Part shown: one piece after another, positions 1 to 9,164 of the stretch | Layout: each line of letters begins with the position of its first letter | Numbering within the stretch: position 1 is the stretch's first letter | IMG/VR virus record: IMGVR_UViG_3300028789_000005 | Reading direction: 5' to 3' (one strand) | From: a virus | Taxonomy: Duplodnaviria; Heunggongvirae; Uroviricota; Caudoviricetes | DNA: 22,831 nucleotides | Made by a program: the position numbers and the translations under genes | Notes under the pieces: model-generated | Seen by the model: the letters and a program-made list of their open reading frames with translations, nothing else | The model's database searches: none | What the model was told of the DNA's origin: nothing

Positions 1-441
1 GGGAGGTATGGCGCATCCGGCACTACCCAGGGGGCAATTGACCCCGTTGATGAGAGAGAAGGGGTTCGCCAGAGTCTCTAGTACATTGATTCCCGAAGGG
101 TTGGTGACGTTGATCGCCCCATTGCCGCTCGAGTTGGCGAAGTTCACGGGTGACGACAGCGGGCCTGAGCCATTGACGCTAATGGCCGTTCCAGCGCCAG
201 CCGTATTCACCCATCCGGCGGAAGAGCACACGAATAACGTGTTGCTTACAGTGTTGGTGTACGGTTGCCCATAGTTGACCGAGGTGCACGTCCACAATGG
301 CGACACCGGATCCACCGTGCCTGTGATTGCCGGCCACCGAATTTGCGACGCGGGGTTTATCACAGTCTGCGCGGAGACGGCGAAAGCGGCGCAAAAGAAG
401 AGCAGAAAGCAAAGCAGCGCACGCTTAGATGTACTTGACAT
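1..441 (-). CDS. Tail-region protein with predicted N-terminal signal peptide, 3'-truncated by the window edge (absent from the ORF track)
   Basis: Hand translation from ATG at 441 gives 147 codons with no stop: MSSTSKRALLCFLLFFCAAFAVSA-QTVINPASQIRWPAITGTVDPVSPLWTCTSVNYGQPYTNTVSNTLFVCSSAGW...NCPLGSAGCAIPP. GGAG lies upstream, and the start overlaps the end of the 425-805 gene. Confidence 0.85.
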   Translation of the reverse strand, partial: MSSTSKRALLCFLLFFCAAFAVSAQTVINPASQIRWPAITGTVDPVSPLWTCTSVNYGQPYTNTVSNTLFVCSSAGWVNTAGAGTAISVNGSGPLSSPVNFANSSGNGAINVTNPSGINVLETLANPFSLINGVNCPLGSAGCAIPP

Positions 442-805
442 AAACATTGTCTCCAGTAGCAGTTGCATTGTTGGTCATCGTGATAACGGCTCCGGAGAGC
501 GTAAAATCAATACCGTCGCGTTGTAGGATGCCGTTCCAGTAGAATCCGAATATGAAGTTAGGCACCTGGCTGCATGTGTAAGAGTTTCCAGGTATGACCC
601 CCACGGGGGTCTCCGTGACGGCGTTGGCGGCAATCTGTTCGCCCAGATTCGTGATGATGAAGTCGGCCAAGGCGGGCATCGGTATGATGCCGCCAAGCAT
701 CAGATCCAGCAGGTTCCAATTGTAGTTTGTAGGAACCTGCCAGTTCGGCTGGTTGTACGCCGGAATTTGCAGTCCTATATTCGGAGTCGTCGTCTCACTG
801 GCCAT
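425..805 (-). CDS. Small tail-fibre-associated protein with a C-terminal beta-sandwich-like module
   Basis: 126-aa ORF 3 nt downstream of the tail fibre stop, with AGGA upstream. The C-terminal ETPVG...YWNGILQRDGIDFTLSG module recurs in two neck proteins. Confidence 0.75.
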   Translation of the reverse strand: MASETTTPNIGLQIPAYNQPNWQVPTNYNWNLLDLMLGGIIPMPALADFIITNLGEQIAANAVTETPVGVIPGNSYTCSQVPNFIFGFYWNGILQRDGIDFTLSGAVITMTNNATATGDNVYVKYI

Positions 806-808
806 GAT

Positions 809-1849
809 TTAGTTTCCTATCGCGTAGAACGCCAGTGTGACTGCCTGGTCGAAGTTTGCACCACCACCACCTGTAGGAACGGAGCATTGTAGGAATACTT
901 GTGCTCCGGTGGTGGTTACTGACACCGCGCTGGCGGAAGCTATATCGTTGGCGTGTGCGCTAGGACTTGGCAAGCCTTGTACGGTTACCTGCAGTCCTGG
1001 CACTGCTGTAAAACCGTGTGGAAAGACAATAGCAGCATTCGCAAACTGGTTGCCGGTGGATGGGACGTTGATGCTACCCCACACTTCTATGGTTCCATCA
1101 GGAGAGATTCTGTAACTACCGTTTGAGTTTGTTACGCGTGAAAAACCTGGCGATTGCGGCACAAAGAACCCACCGACGTTCGTCAGCACCTGGCCAGCCG
1201 CACCCGGTGCGGCCAACGTCAGCGTGGTGAACGCTCCGGTCGACGGCGCGGCGGCACCTATGGCGGTGCCTACTATACCGTTAATATCGGATAGCACGGG
1301 CGCGGCTGGAACCAGATTGCTGTTGACGTCGACCTTGAACAGCAATATGCACTCCGCGTTCGGCGACGTATCCAGAGCGCCTGCGCCAATTACATCGCCG
1401 GACCACGTGACTGTTCTCCCGCCCGTGGCATCCTGAGATAGTACCACAGTCAGTAAATCGCCAACTTGCTGATTGATTATCGTTATATCCGCATTACCGG
1501 TGAGTCTTACTTCGAATCCCAGCGACTGCGACATGTCGAACGTTACATTTGGCGCGTACGTCACCAGCTGCAAATTGGCCCTGAAGTCCGCCGACGTCAG
1601 GAAGTTGGCGCACTGGGCGGTAAGCGTAGACAGATTGGAGTCCGACGTAGTGAAGCCCTTGGCAGCGAACGCCGTGAACAGGGCAGTCAGATACGTGGAC
1701 ATCTGGTAGAACACCTTGTTCGCTAGCGGCGAAAGGAACAGGGAGGGGTCCGTCGCTCCTCCCGCGCGCTGTGAGTCGGCCAAGTAGGCCGCATCATTCT
1801 CTTGATTCGCTGCGGTGGGATTCCACTGCAGAAGATTGGTGGTTGCCAT
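809..1849 (-). CDS. Tail fibre protein
   Basis: 346 aa, AAGGAG RBS, directly after DUF2612. N-terminal S..ANK.FYQ baseplate-attachment pattern, internal LTGN...QDATGGRTVTW module, and C-terminal PDGTIEVWG...FPHGF domain typical of fibre tips. Confidence 0.8.
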   Translation of the reverse strand: MATTNLLQWNPTAANQENDAAYLADSQRAGGATDPSLFLSPLANKVFYQMSTYLTALFTAFAAKGFTTSDSNLSTLTAQCANFLTSADFRANLQLVTYAPNVTFDMSQSLGFEVRLTGNADITIINQQVGDLLTVVLSQDATGGRTVTWSGDVIGAGALDTSPNAECILLFKVDVNSNLVPAAPVLSDINGIVGTAIGAAAPSTGAFTTLTLAAPGAAGQVLTNVGGFFVPQSPGFSRVTNSNGSYRISPDGTIEVWGSINVPSTGNQFANAAIVFPHGFTAVPGLQVTVQGLPSPSAHANDIASASAVSVTTTGAQVFLQCSVPTGGGGANFDQAVTLAFYAIGN

Positions 1850-1867
1850 GTAGCTCCTTGCCCGCGG

Positions 1868-2503
1868 TTAGCCGGCCCAGTGTCCCGTGTCGAATCCAGA
1901 TATGAATCCCGGCGAGCTGCCAAATCCGAAGAAGGGCAAGACACCGAACAGGTACGTATAGAGCACGCCCTCGGGACGCGGTACGATGTAGCCGTGCACG
2001 ATTAGATCCTGCAGTATAGATGTGAATGATCCTGTAAGGGTGAGATCCACAGTCATATTCTGATTGTCGATGACCACGATTGTACCGCCAGGAAATAGTT
2101 GCTTCCAGATTGGGTACAGGCTGACAATCGTACCATCCCACTGGTTGGTCGCGATCTTCGCCTTGATGTAGATGCGAAATGTGGCGTCGTCCAGGATTGG
2201 GCTGACTCCGCCGCTTGGCTGGAAGTTCACCGTGCGGAATGCGCCGACCGTGGCTCCTAGCATGTCCAGTTGCGCGCCAATGGCGCTGTCCAGGTCGAGC
2301 GACGTGTCCATTTGAACCAGGCACTGGCTGGCGTCATCGAATTTCTTCAGCAGAACGTAGAGCAACGCGTTCAGCTTCTTGGAATTGGCGTACTGGCTCG
2401 TCAGCAGCCCTATATAGTATCCGATGGGCAGTGTTTCCAGCGGCTCATTGCCGTAGCCTCCGGTGCCATAACCTTGCGTGCCGTAGTACGGGTTGCTACT
2501 CAT
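1868..2503 (-). CDS. Baseplate wedge protein, DUF2612 family
   Basis: 211 aa with DLDSAIGAQLDMLGATVG and LDDATFRIYIKAKI..NQWDGT motifs. ATGA overlap with the baseplate J gene. Confidence 0.85.
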   Translation of the reverse strand: MSSNPYYGTQGYGTGGYGNEPLETLPIGYYIGLLTSQYANSKKLNALLYVLLKKFDDASQCLVQMDTSLDLDSAIGAQLDMLGATVGAFRTVNFQPSGGVSPILDDATFRIYIKAKIATNQWDGTIVSLYPIWKQLFPGGTIVVIDNQNMTVDLTLTGSFTSILQDLIVHGYIVPRPEGVLYTYLFGVLPFFGFGSSPGFISGFDTGHWAG

Positions 2504-3918
2504 ACCGTGACCACTCCTATGTTGCCGGCGATACCCTCAGCGGCATAGTAGAAGTTTGGCATAACGATGTCGACGACGCCGAGCGTGGAGAACGAAACCG
2601 CGCCTCCGGTACTGGCAGCTGTAGTTGGAATTGTCAACGGTATGGTAGTGCCTGACGGGGTTCCAGTCAATGTTCCAGGCGCGATGCCGGGACCAGAGAC
2701 CAGTTGACCGGCTATGATGCCAGTAGCTGAGGCCACTACCATAGACGATGCGGCAAGGCCATACGTGCCCGTGGTAGAAGCCGTTGTTACACCAAGTTGT
2801 ACAGATACTGTTCCGAAGTTCGGCGCGATCAGGTTGGTGTTCACGTTCATGATCTCGAAATAAATAGCTCCGATGGACACAGTCTCGCCAATGGCCAGTT
2901 CGTTTAGGTACGTTACCAACGCAGCCTGCACCGCACTTAGCACGGCACTGTTAGGCGTAGTACCGTAGCCAGTCAACGTGGTGAGCACGAATATGGGATA
3001 CACCGTTGGCAAAAAGAAGCTGATGTCCTCGGTCACGCCAGTATTTGGATCAATCACTGGATTCGTCGTGGTACCGTTGGTGAAGCAACCGATCGTCTTT
3101 TTCTGGTAGATCGCCGTGGCCACACTTAGTACGTTGGTGCATTGCACGACCATTGAGATGGAGTGGGGCGGGTTGCCCCAACTGTCCACGGCTCCCGTCG
3201 GATTCTCGATAGAAGACCCTGGGCCACCTGGCGTGGGGTAACCCGGAGCAACGCGAATGACTCCGGGTGCGGCTAAAATGGCAGCTATGGTGGATGCCAC
3301 AGGAGTTAGAGATGGCAGCGCCACTGACACCGCTTGACGCGCACGCAGACTGGAGTCGGACTCCACTACGTCGCCCACAGTCGCTGCTGTTGGATTGGTG
3401 ACAGTACTCCAACCAGACGTCGGCGTGTTGATGACGTTGACCTGCCCCGGCTCGGCGGCAATAGCTCCTGGAGTGGTGCAAGTCGCCGTTACGCTGATTA
3501 TCCCGCTGAGAGGAAATGTAACCGTCGAAGGAAGTGCCCACAGGTTACCATTCTGATCCTGTGCGAATCCGTTCGTAATAGTCGACAATCCTGTGCCAAC
3601 TAGATTCAGCAGTACGGTAGAGAATGTGAACGCCTCGCGCGCCAGCCCGTTCATCTTCACTTGCCTATCTAGGCCAGCTCCCACGGCCGTTTGTGGCGAT
3701 GACTGGTTGTACGCCAACTGTGCAGCCTGCATGGTGTCGGATTGCTTCAGGGAGATGATGCTCAACAGCTGGTAGATGGCCGAGTCTGGGCCAACATACT
3801 GATTGATGCCATATATGTTCAAGAACGCTTGCAGGTTGTCGGCAAGGATCGACGGGTACGAGGGAACGGTGAGTCCGCTCGCCGTTACGGACGGTGGAGC
3901 ATAGGCGGGTGTGCTCAT
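2500..3918 (-). CDS. Baseplate J-like wedge protein
   Basis: 472 aa with A.GAGLDRQV..NGL.R, ATCTTPGAIAA, ESDSSLRAR and YLNELAIGETV motifs. AAGGAG RBS; canonical position between the gp25-like and DUF2612 genes. Confidence 0.9.
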   Translation of the reverse strand: MSTPAYAPPSVTASGLTVPSYPSILADNLQAFLNIYGINQYVGPDSAIYQLLSIISLKQSDTMQAAQLAYNQSSPQTAVGAGLDRQVKMNGLAREAFTFSTVLLNLVGTGLSTITNGFAQDQNGNLWALPSTVTFPLSGIISVTATCTTPGAIAAEPGQVNVINTPTSGWSTVTNPTAATVGDVVESDSSLRARQAVSVALPSLTPVASTIAAILAAPGVIRVAPGYPTPGGPGSSIENPTGAVDSWGNPPHSISMVVQCTNVLSVATAIYQKKTIGCFTNGTTTNPVIDPNTGVTEDISFFLPTVYPIFVLTTLTGYGTTPNSAVLSAVQAALVTYLNELAIGETVSIGAIYFEIMNVNTNLIAPNFGTVSVQLGVTTASTTGTYGLAASSMVVASATGIIAGQLVSGPGIAPGTLTGTPSGTTIPLTIPTTAASTGGAVSFSTLGVVDIVMPNFYYAAEGIAGNIGVVTV

Positions 3919-3934
3919 GATTCTCCTTGCTGCT

Positions 3935-4333
3935 TTACGCGTCTAGACTTGATTCGCTCAAGGCTGGTGCTGTATTTATGGCAACCGGACCAAATTGCGT
4001 GGTGGTGTTGGCCGTTATGCCTAGTCGACCATTCGTGAACGTCACCTGCACGTTGTTGGTGCCGGTTACATATGGTCCGCCCTCGATGTTCTGGCGTATG
4101 GCCAGCTCCATGGCGGCCAGCCCTTGCGGTGTTCCGAGTTGCCCAAGTATGGCTTGGAACACTGGTAGCCCGATATTCAGGTTCTCCCACCACTCTCCAA
4201 GGAACAGATTCAAACGGGTCTTGATGGCCTGTGCTACTGCAGACGTATCTGTAAGATTGGCGTTGGGGTCAAATATAGGGTCGTATCCTGCGTCCAGCAG
4301 CAGGTACTGCATCGTAGGGGCTACGTTGGCCAT
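3935..4333 (-). CDS. Baseplate wedge / sheath initiator (gp25/gp46-like)
   Basis: 132 aa with AVAQAIKTRLNLFLGEWWEN..GLP motif, between the spike and J genes. Confidence 0.8.
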   Translation of the reverse strand: MANVAPTMQYLLLDAGYDPIFDPNANLTDTSAVAQAIKTRLNLFLGEWWENLNIGLPVFQAILGQLGTPQGLAAMELAIRQNIEGGPYVTGTNNVQVTFTNGRLGITANTTTQFGPVAINTAPALSESSLDA

Positions 4334-4336
4334 GAA

Positions 4337-5092
4337 CTACTGTCCCTTCAAAATGGTGGTCTCTGAGCCTGTAGGCACGGCAGGACCAGTATAAGGCGGC
4401 GACAGTGTAGCTAGATATGGCATGATATTGGTAACGAACCACTGGTAGAAGGTATCGTTTACTAGCGCCAATGCCATACCATCGTTCTTAGCTGTTACAG
4501 ACGCTCCACTGATGGTGACTCCTGCTTCTGCCACGTCGATGATAGTATTACCGTCGTCTGACCGAATCTGCAGTGAGTCGGTGGAGTAGTCTGAAAGCAG
4601 GTTGTTCTGGCTCCACATGCCTGGAAAGAACCCGCAGTCGTGCACATGGTGCCTGCGGACTTCAAGCTGGCGCTGCGTGCCGGATGGTATAGGCCACGAC
4701 ACCGGCTTTGGATTCTGAGCCGGAGGGGCGTTCTGCTGACCGTGCAGCCACCAATTGTCGAAGCAAGTGTCGCAGAATATCAGCATCCCCTGGTCGCCCT
4801 TCTTCAAGGGCAATGTCACGCTAAATCCTCCTCCGCGCGGCAATAGGATTGGCACGTTGATGATGGGCGGCACGTCCCACCACTGCTGCTGCCCGTTGTA
4901 GCGCACTCGCTCCTGTATGGCTATCTGCACGGTTACGGTCTGCGCGCTGCCGTTGATGTCTTCTGTTAGGAACGCCGGTGTGGCAACGCGCGCCTTGGCC
5001 AAGGCTTGCTTGACAATCAGCTTCCACTGACTGGTGTCTGAGGCCGTTACCTGTGCCAGTGTAAGACCGGGCGTGTTGGGCGTGCTTGACAT
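4337..5092 (-). CDS. Baseplate central spike, Gp138-like
   Basis: Start moved to ATG 5092 (AGGAG RBS; 251 aa). Motifs TVTVQIAIQ, VPILLPRGGGFSVTLPLKKGD.G.LIFCD and RRHHVHD.GFFPG. Confidence 0.85.
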   Translation of the reverse strand: MSSTPNTPGLTLAQVTASDTSQWKLIVKQALAKARVATPAFLTEDINGSAQTVTVQIAIQERVRYNGQQQWWDVPPIINVPILLPRGGGFSVTLPLKKGDQGMLIFCDTCFDNWWLHGQQNAPPAQNPKPVSWPIPSGTQRQLEVRRHHVHDCGFFPGMWSQNNLLSDYSTDSLQIRSDDGNTIIDVAEAGVTISGASVTAKNDGMALALVNDTFYQWFVTNIMPYLATLSPPYTGPAVPTGSETTILKGQ

Positions 5093-5099
5093 GCGACTC

Positions 5100-6161
5100 C
5101 TAGGTTGGCGATGTGGCCGACAGCAGGCCATCCAGCAGGTTGGAGGCGAACGTGGTACTGCAGCCGGTTACTTCCGTGTACCAGTCGTTTCCACGTGAGT
5201 CGCCGACATGCCTTACTTGTACGACGAACTGCAGCGTGTTGAGCGGGTTCTGGAACTGACCTACTTGAATTACTTGTTGCGTTATGAGCAGGTTGCCGGC
5301 CAACTGCACTACTTGCACTGGCAGTGTCACCTTGAGACGTGGGTCTAGCAGCACCGTGAATATGATTCCTTGCGGAGTTTGGCGAGGAGTGCCTATGATA
5401 CTCTGCGTAGTTCCGGCCGGCAGTCCCGACGCTACAGTTCCTATTGGAGTGGGCAATGCATAGATAAGATCAGGAGCAGGCGTGGCTAGGCCAGAACCGA
5501 TATTGCCGATCTCGGTCATGTACGCCGCATTGCCTTTGCGAAACGTTGACAGGTTCTGGTCGGATGATACGATGTCCAGGTAGTCGCCCATCGTATGGAA
5601 CACGGTGTTTCCACGCGGATACTGCTTGGCTGTCAATGCTGCTTGCGCATGCTCGCTCAGCGTGGCTGTATTCTGACTGTTCTCCATAGGAGGCAGACCA
5701 ATGTTGCCGGCCATCTGTGTAAGCAGCTGAGCCTGCTGCGCGTACGGGCCGATGGAGAAGGCCACCGGGTTGGCCATGGATATCGGATTGGCCACGCAGT
5801 GCAGTGTTACGCGCGTGTCGATGACGTTCTCTTCATCCAGCAATACCTGGAATATGGGGCCGTCCCACACCACCGAACTCAGCGCTGGGCCGGTCTGGAA
5901 ACCCGCCTTAAGCCTGACCTTAGTAGCCGCCAGTACTATGTTGTTGATTGTCTCCTGACTAAGGTTGTATACGACGATGTCAGCGTACCACCAAGGAGAC
6001 GGTATCGTGGACTGCACTATTTCAAACGTTATACGCAGCGATTCCGGCTCCCATGCGTTGGTGGACACGGTAAGGTCTTGGTCTACGCCGTTGGCGTCCG
6101 TGTACGTTATGATCAGCTCCCATGCCTGCCCGAAGAACGGAATCTGAGATGTGGTACTCAT
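5100..6161 (-). CDS. Baseplate hub protein
   Basis: Start moved to ATG 6161 (ATGA overlap with the upstream stop; 353 aa). Motifs ADIVVYNLS..T, V.LKAGFQ...VWDGPI, LLDPRLK and HVGDSRGNDWYTEV. Confidence 0.8.
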   Translation of the reverse strand: MSTTSQIPFFGQAWELIITYTDANGVDQDLTVSTNAWEPESLRITFEIVQSTIPSPWWYADIVVYNLSQETINNIVLAATKVRLKAGFQTGPALSSVVWDGPIFQVLLDEENVIDTRVTLHCVANPISMANPVAFSIGPYAQQAQLLTQMAGNIGLPPMENSQNTATLSEHAQAALTAKQYPRGNTVFHTMGDYLDIVSSDQNLSTFRKGNAAYMTEIGNIGSGLATPAPDLIYALPTPIGTVASGLPAGTTQSIIGTPRQTPQGIIFTVLLDPRLKVTLPVQVVQLAGNLLITQQVIQVGQFQNPLNTLQFVVQVRHVGDSRGNDWYTEVTGCSTTFASNLLDGLLSATSPT

Positions 6162-6493
6162 GCGGTATCGCCCCACAACAATGAGAAGTTGGTAAGGTTA
6201 GCAGCACCTGGGTAATCGGAAGACGCATTGCCAGTGTTCAAGATGTACGCACTGCCGATCTTCAAGTAACCGTACTGCGCCAGTATATTTGCCGATGGAT
6301 AGTAGCCGGTGACCAATGGCAGTGAAGCGATTAGAATAGCATTCTGCGCACTTGTCACTTGCAGCTGCCACCAACCGGACATGACCGAATATGATAGGAA
6401 GAATCCTAATGTAAGTGGGTTACCATCTACGGTCAACTGAACTGAGAATGATTGGTTAGGATTCTGCGTTAGCGGTATGATTTGCGACGACAT
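6158..6493 (-). CDS. Small baseplate protein (plug/hub-associated)
   Basis: 111 aa beginning IIPLTQNPNQSFSVQL; TGATG-coupled to the upstream gene; conserved position in this myovirus gene order. Confidence 0.7.
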   Translation of the reverse strand: MSSQIIPLTQNPNQSFSVQLTVDGNPLTLGFFLSYSVMSGWWQLQVTSAQNAILIASLPLVTGYYPSANILAQYGYLKIGSAYILNTGNASSDYPGAANLTNFSLLWGDTA

Positions 6494-7335
6494 CAGTTCG
6501 ACCCTCCGAACTGCTGCGGCGTGGAGCTGTATGACCCAGCTCCCGGCACGTTAACGGCAGTTTGATTCTGCTGCGCACTGCCTATCAAGGTTCCAGGCAT
6601 CGCCGGAAACTGGTTGTTGATGCTATCGGCATTCAGCGTATTGATCATGGAGCCTGGGGGCACAAGGAACTGACTGTCGATAGTGGATGTCGTTGGTGCG
6701 GTGCTGACCTCGCCAAGTCCGGTCTGATTCGTCTCATTCGGACGAGAACTTGTGGGTGCCGTCTGCACGTCAGCCAAAAACAACTGGCTAAATTCGACTC
6801 GGAAGCGCGCTCCGGTTATGGACTTATTGTCCTCATGCGGCGAGATATCCGCTATCAGCATGTTTGAATATGTGCGCAGACGAGTAGTAACTTGAAGAGG
6901 CACACGTGAAGCCTGTAACGCTAGCATCTGCTGGTACGCCGACACGCTCTTGGACGAATTGCCGGTCCACTGCTGAACGTAAGGGGGACTGGTCTGATTG
7001 GAAGCGACGTACTGCGGAGTCACGTCTGACATGAGCACGTATATGACCAGCGACGCCGGGTTGAGGTAGGCGTGGCTGGTTATGGCCGCGCCGTTTTGCA
7101 CCGGGTGCATGGTCTTGGTGAGCGTCTGTCCATGCTCTAGTGATAAGACGGCGTCGAATACGTAAGTAGTGGACGAAGTCACCGACAACTGCAACGGAGT
7201 GTCAGGACTGCTACCAGAGACTTCCGTTCCCACGCTGCTCTGACCGTAACTTGCCGGTACGGTTACGGAAACCATCGGCATCTTGGCCCATTGCGGAGGA
7301 CGATACTGGGCGATCGGTGCTGGTGCGGTCGACAT
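6493..7335 (-). CDS. Tail tube initiator / Dit-like baseplate protein
   Basis: 280 aa with FDAVLSLEH...T.HPVQNGA.I..HA and L.VTTRLRTYSNMLI motifs, directly after the tape measure gene. Confidence 0.8.
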   Translation of the reverse strand: MSTAPAPIAQYRPPQWAKMPMVSVTVPASYGQSSVGTEVSGSSPDTPLQLSVTSSTTYVFDAVLSLEHGQTLTKTMHPVQNGAAITSHAYLNPASLVIYVLMSDVTPQYVASNQTSPPYVQQWTGNSSKSVSAYQQMLALQASRVPLQVTTRLRTYSNMLIADISPHEDNKSITGARFRVEFSQLFLADVQTAPTSSRPNETNQTGLGEVSTAPTTSTIDSQFLVPPGSMINTLNADSINNQFPAMPGTLIGSAQQNQTAVNVPGAGSYSSTPQQFGGSN

Positions 7336-7338
7336 GGC

Positions 7339-8916
7339 CTACCCCGTAGCTCCCGCATCTTGCAACTCATAAAGGTTGCGCTGCGTCTGCTTGTTTTTCA
7401 GTGAGTTCAGCTTGGAGACGACCGCGTTCGCGACGTGCTCGTTGGTGTGGCCCGGCTTGTCTATGTGGATCACGATAGATCCGACGTGGATGTCGCCCGA
7501 CACTCCCTTGGCGCGCGCGATGGCCGCTATCTCGGCCTGCGCCTCCGAGCTTAGCGCGCCGTGGCGGTACAGCGCCTTGTTCATGGCGCCAGGACCGTCA
7601 TGGTACGCGCCCACGGCCTCGTAGACATTGCCGTGAAACATCTTCAGAAGTTGCGCCAAGTATGTAAGTCCGCCCTTAATGTTCTGCCCAGTGTCAGCGG
7701 CATCTACGCCAAGGCCGCGCGCCGTGCCTTTCAGCAACTGGAACACCCCGGCGGCGGAAGTGTGCGAGCCGTCCTTGTTTTTTCCGCGCAGCAAATTGCC
7801 GCTGGAGTCGTACTGGCGTTCGCCGCTTTCGCCACGCGCGAGAGCGTGCGCCACGTCCGTATCGATTCCCAACTGCTCAGCGACATGCGTTATCATCTCG
7901 TGTATGTTGATGCCTGCATTGCCCTGCGCTTGCGCCTGCGTTCCACTACTGAACCCCGGTATGTTCGGCAGTATCGGACTGTTCGTGGTGGTGGCCCCAG
8001 AGCCGTCTTTGACGGGCGCGCTCAGCACCGATCCGGCCTCGGAGAATCTGCCATGGGACGCTAGCGCCGCCGCCGTGAACAGGCGCGCCACTCGCTCCTC
8101 GGCGGTGGCCACGCCCTCCACGAACACCGCGAACAGGTGGATCACGTCGATCAAGGCCTTGGCGAACTTTTGAAAATTGAACGTACTGCCGCTGACGGAA
8201 TGGTCGAAGATTCCGACCAAATTGGTGAACGCCAAGGCGGTCTCGGACACCGCGCTCCCGACCGTATGGAACACGTCCTTGACGTCCTTCCACACCGGAA
8301 GGAACACGCTGGTGATCTTGGCCGATATTTCCGGCATGCTGGTGGTCACCCAGTTGTTGAAGCGCTGCAGCTTCTCCAGCAGCGTGTCGGGACCCAGACC
8401 CAGCGCCTTCATGAACGTGTTCACCACATTCATGGCCAGGAACTCGCCCTCGACCTCCATGCGCGTGAACTCGAAGCGAATGTCGCGCACCTTCTTCATC
8501 TGCGCGTCGAAATCGCCGTCCGGGGCCATGGCGTGCATGTCGTGCATCAGCACGGCGGTGCGAGCGCGCAGCTCTGGGTCCCACGTCATCTGGTCTAGGG
8601 TGGCGCCGAGCGCGTCCATGGAGATTTGGAGACCGCGCGCGGCTTCCTTGCTGATGTGCATGTTCAAGGCCAGCAGGCGGTATGACTGATCTGCCATGGC
8701 GACCTTGTCCACCATGCCGACCGCGGCTGTCCCGATCGCCAGGAATCCACCGGTGATTTCCATTTGCGCCTTGAAGAACGCACCCGCTATGGCGGACGCG
8801 CTGTTGCCGGCCACGGAGGTGGCCTCCTTCAGCGCCTGCGCGAACCTGGCCATGCCGCTCTGATCCACGCTAGAACCGAGCTTGACTAGATATTCATCGA
8901 CGAAGCTCGTTGCCAT
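7339..8916 (-). CDS. Tape measure protein with a lytic transglycosylase (SLT-like) domain
   Basis: 525 aa. Ala-rich helical N-terminal region, then ARGES (putative catalytic Glu), GVFQLL..TA, QNIKGG..YL and GAYHDGPG. Confidence 0.85.
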   Translation of the reverse strand: MATSFVDEYLVKLGSSVDQSGMARFAQALKEATSVAGNSASAIAGAFFKAQMEITGGFLAIGTAAVGMVDKVAMADQSYRLLALNMHISKEAARGLQISMDALGATLDQMTWDPELRARTAVLMHDMHAMAPDGDFDAQMKKVRDIRFEFTRMEVEGEFLAMNVVNTFMKALGLGPDTLLEKLQRFNNWVTTSMPEISAKITSVFLPVWKDVKDVFHTVGSAVSETALAFTNLVGIFDHSVSGSTFNFQKFAKALIDVIHLFAVFVEGVATAEERVARLFTAAALASHGRFSEAGSVLSAPVKDGSGATTTNSPILPNIPGFSSGTQAQAQGNAGINIHEMITHVAEQLGIDTDVAHALARGESGERQYDSSGNLLRGKNKDGSHTSAAGVFQLLKGTARGLGVDAADTGQNIKGGLTYLAQLLKMFHGNVYEAVGAYHDGPGAMNKALYRHGALSSEAQAEIAAIARAKGVSGDIHVGSIVIHIDKPGHTNEHVANAVVSKLNSLKNKQTQRNLYELQDAGATG

Positions 8917-9164
8917 CAGTTTCCTTTCGCCGCATGCGCCCTGACGCGCCGCATGTTCTCTTCTTTGGTGTCCAGGTACTCCAACACATCGAGCAAGTCC
9001 CCGATGTCGTATGTACCGTCGAACATCTCATGCTGCCGCCAGAGACCGGCAGCGACGGGTTGCCACAGGAAGGCGTTCAGGGTTGGAAACCCCGCCACCT
9101 CGAATCCTGGTCCGTCCCCGTCGTCACCCGGCATCACAAACCAGGGGCGGTGGACTCGAAAAAA
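8916..9164 (-). CDS. Tail assembly chaperone frameshift extension (GT-like segment)
   Basis: The -1 frame is open from the T TTT TTC slippery site to TGA at 8916 (FLWQPVAAGLWRQHEMFDGTYDIGDLLDVLEYLD). An ATG at 9134 overlapping the chaperone stop is an alternative entry. Confidence 0.7.
   Translation of the reverse strand, partial: FFRVHRPWFVMPGDDGDGPGFEVAGFPTLNAFLWQPVAAGLWRQHEMFDGTYDIGDLLDVLEYLDTKEENMRRVRAHAAKGN

Noticed and set aside
1-441. Host assignment from the style of the signal-peptide protein
   Set aside because: It resembles soil-bacterium prophage proteins only by impression; nothing in the window establishes the host.
1500-1530. TTCGAATC T-loop-like sequence suggesting another tRNA
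   Set aside because: It lies within the tail fibre coding region, and no acceptor, D or anticodon stems can be formed around it.
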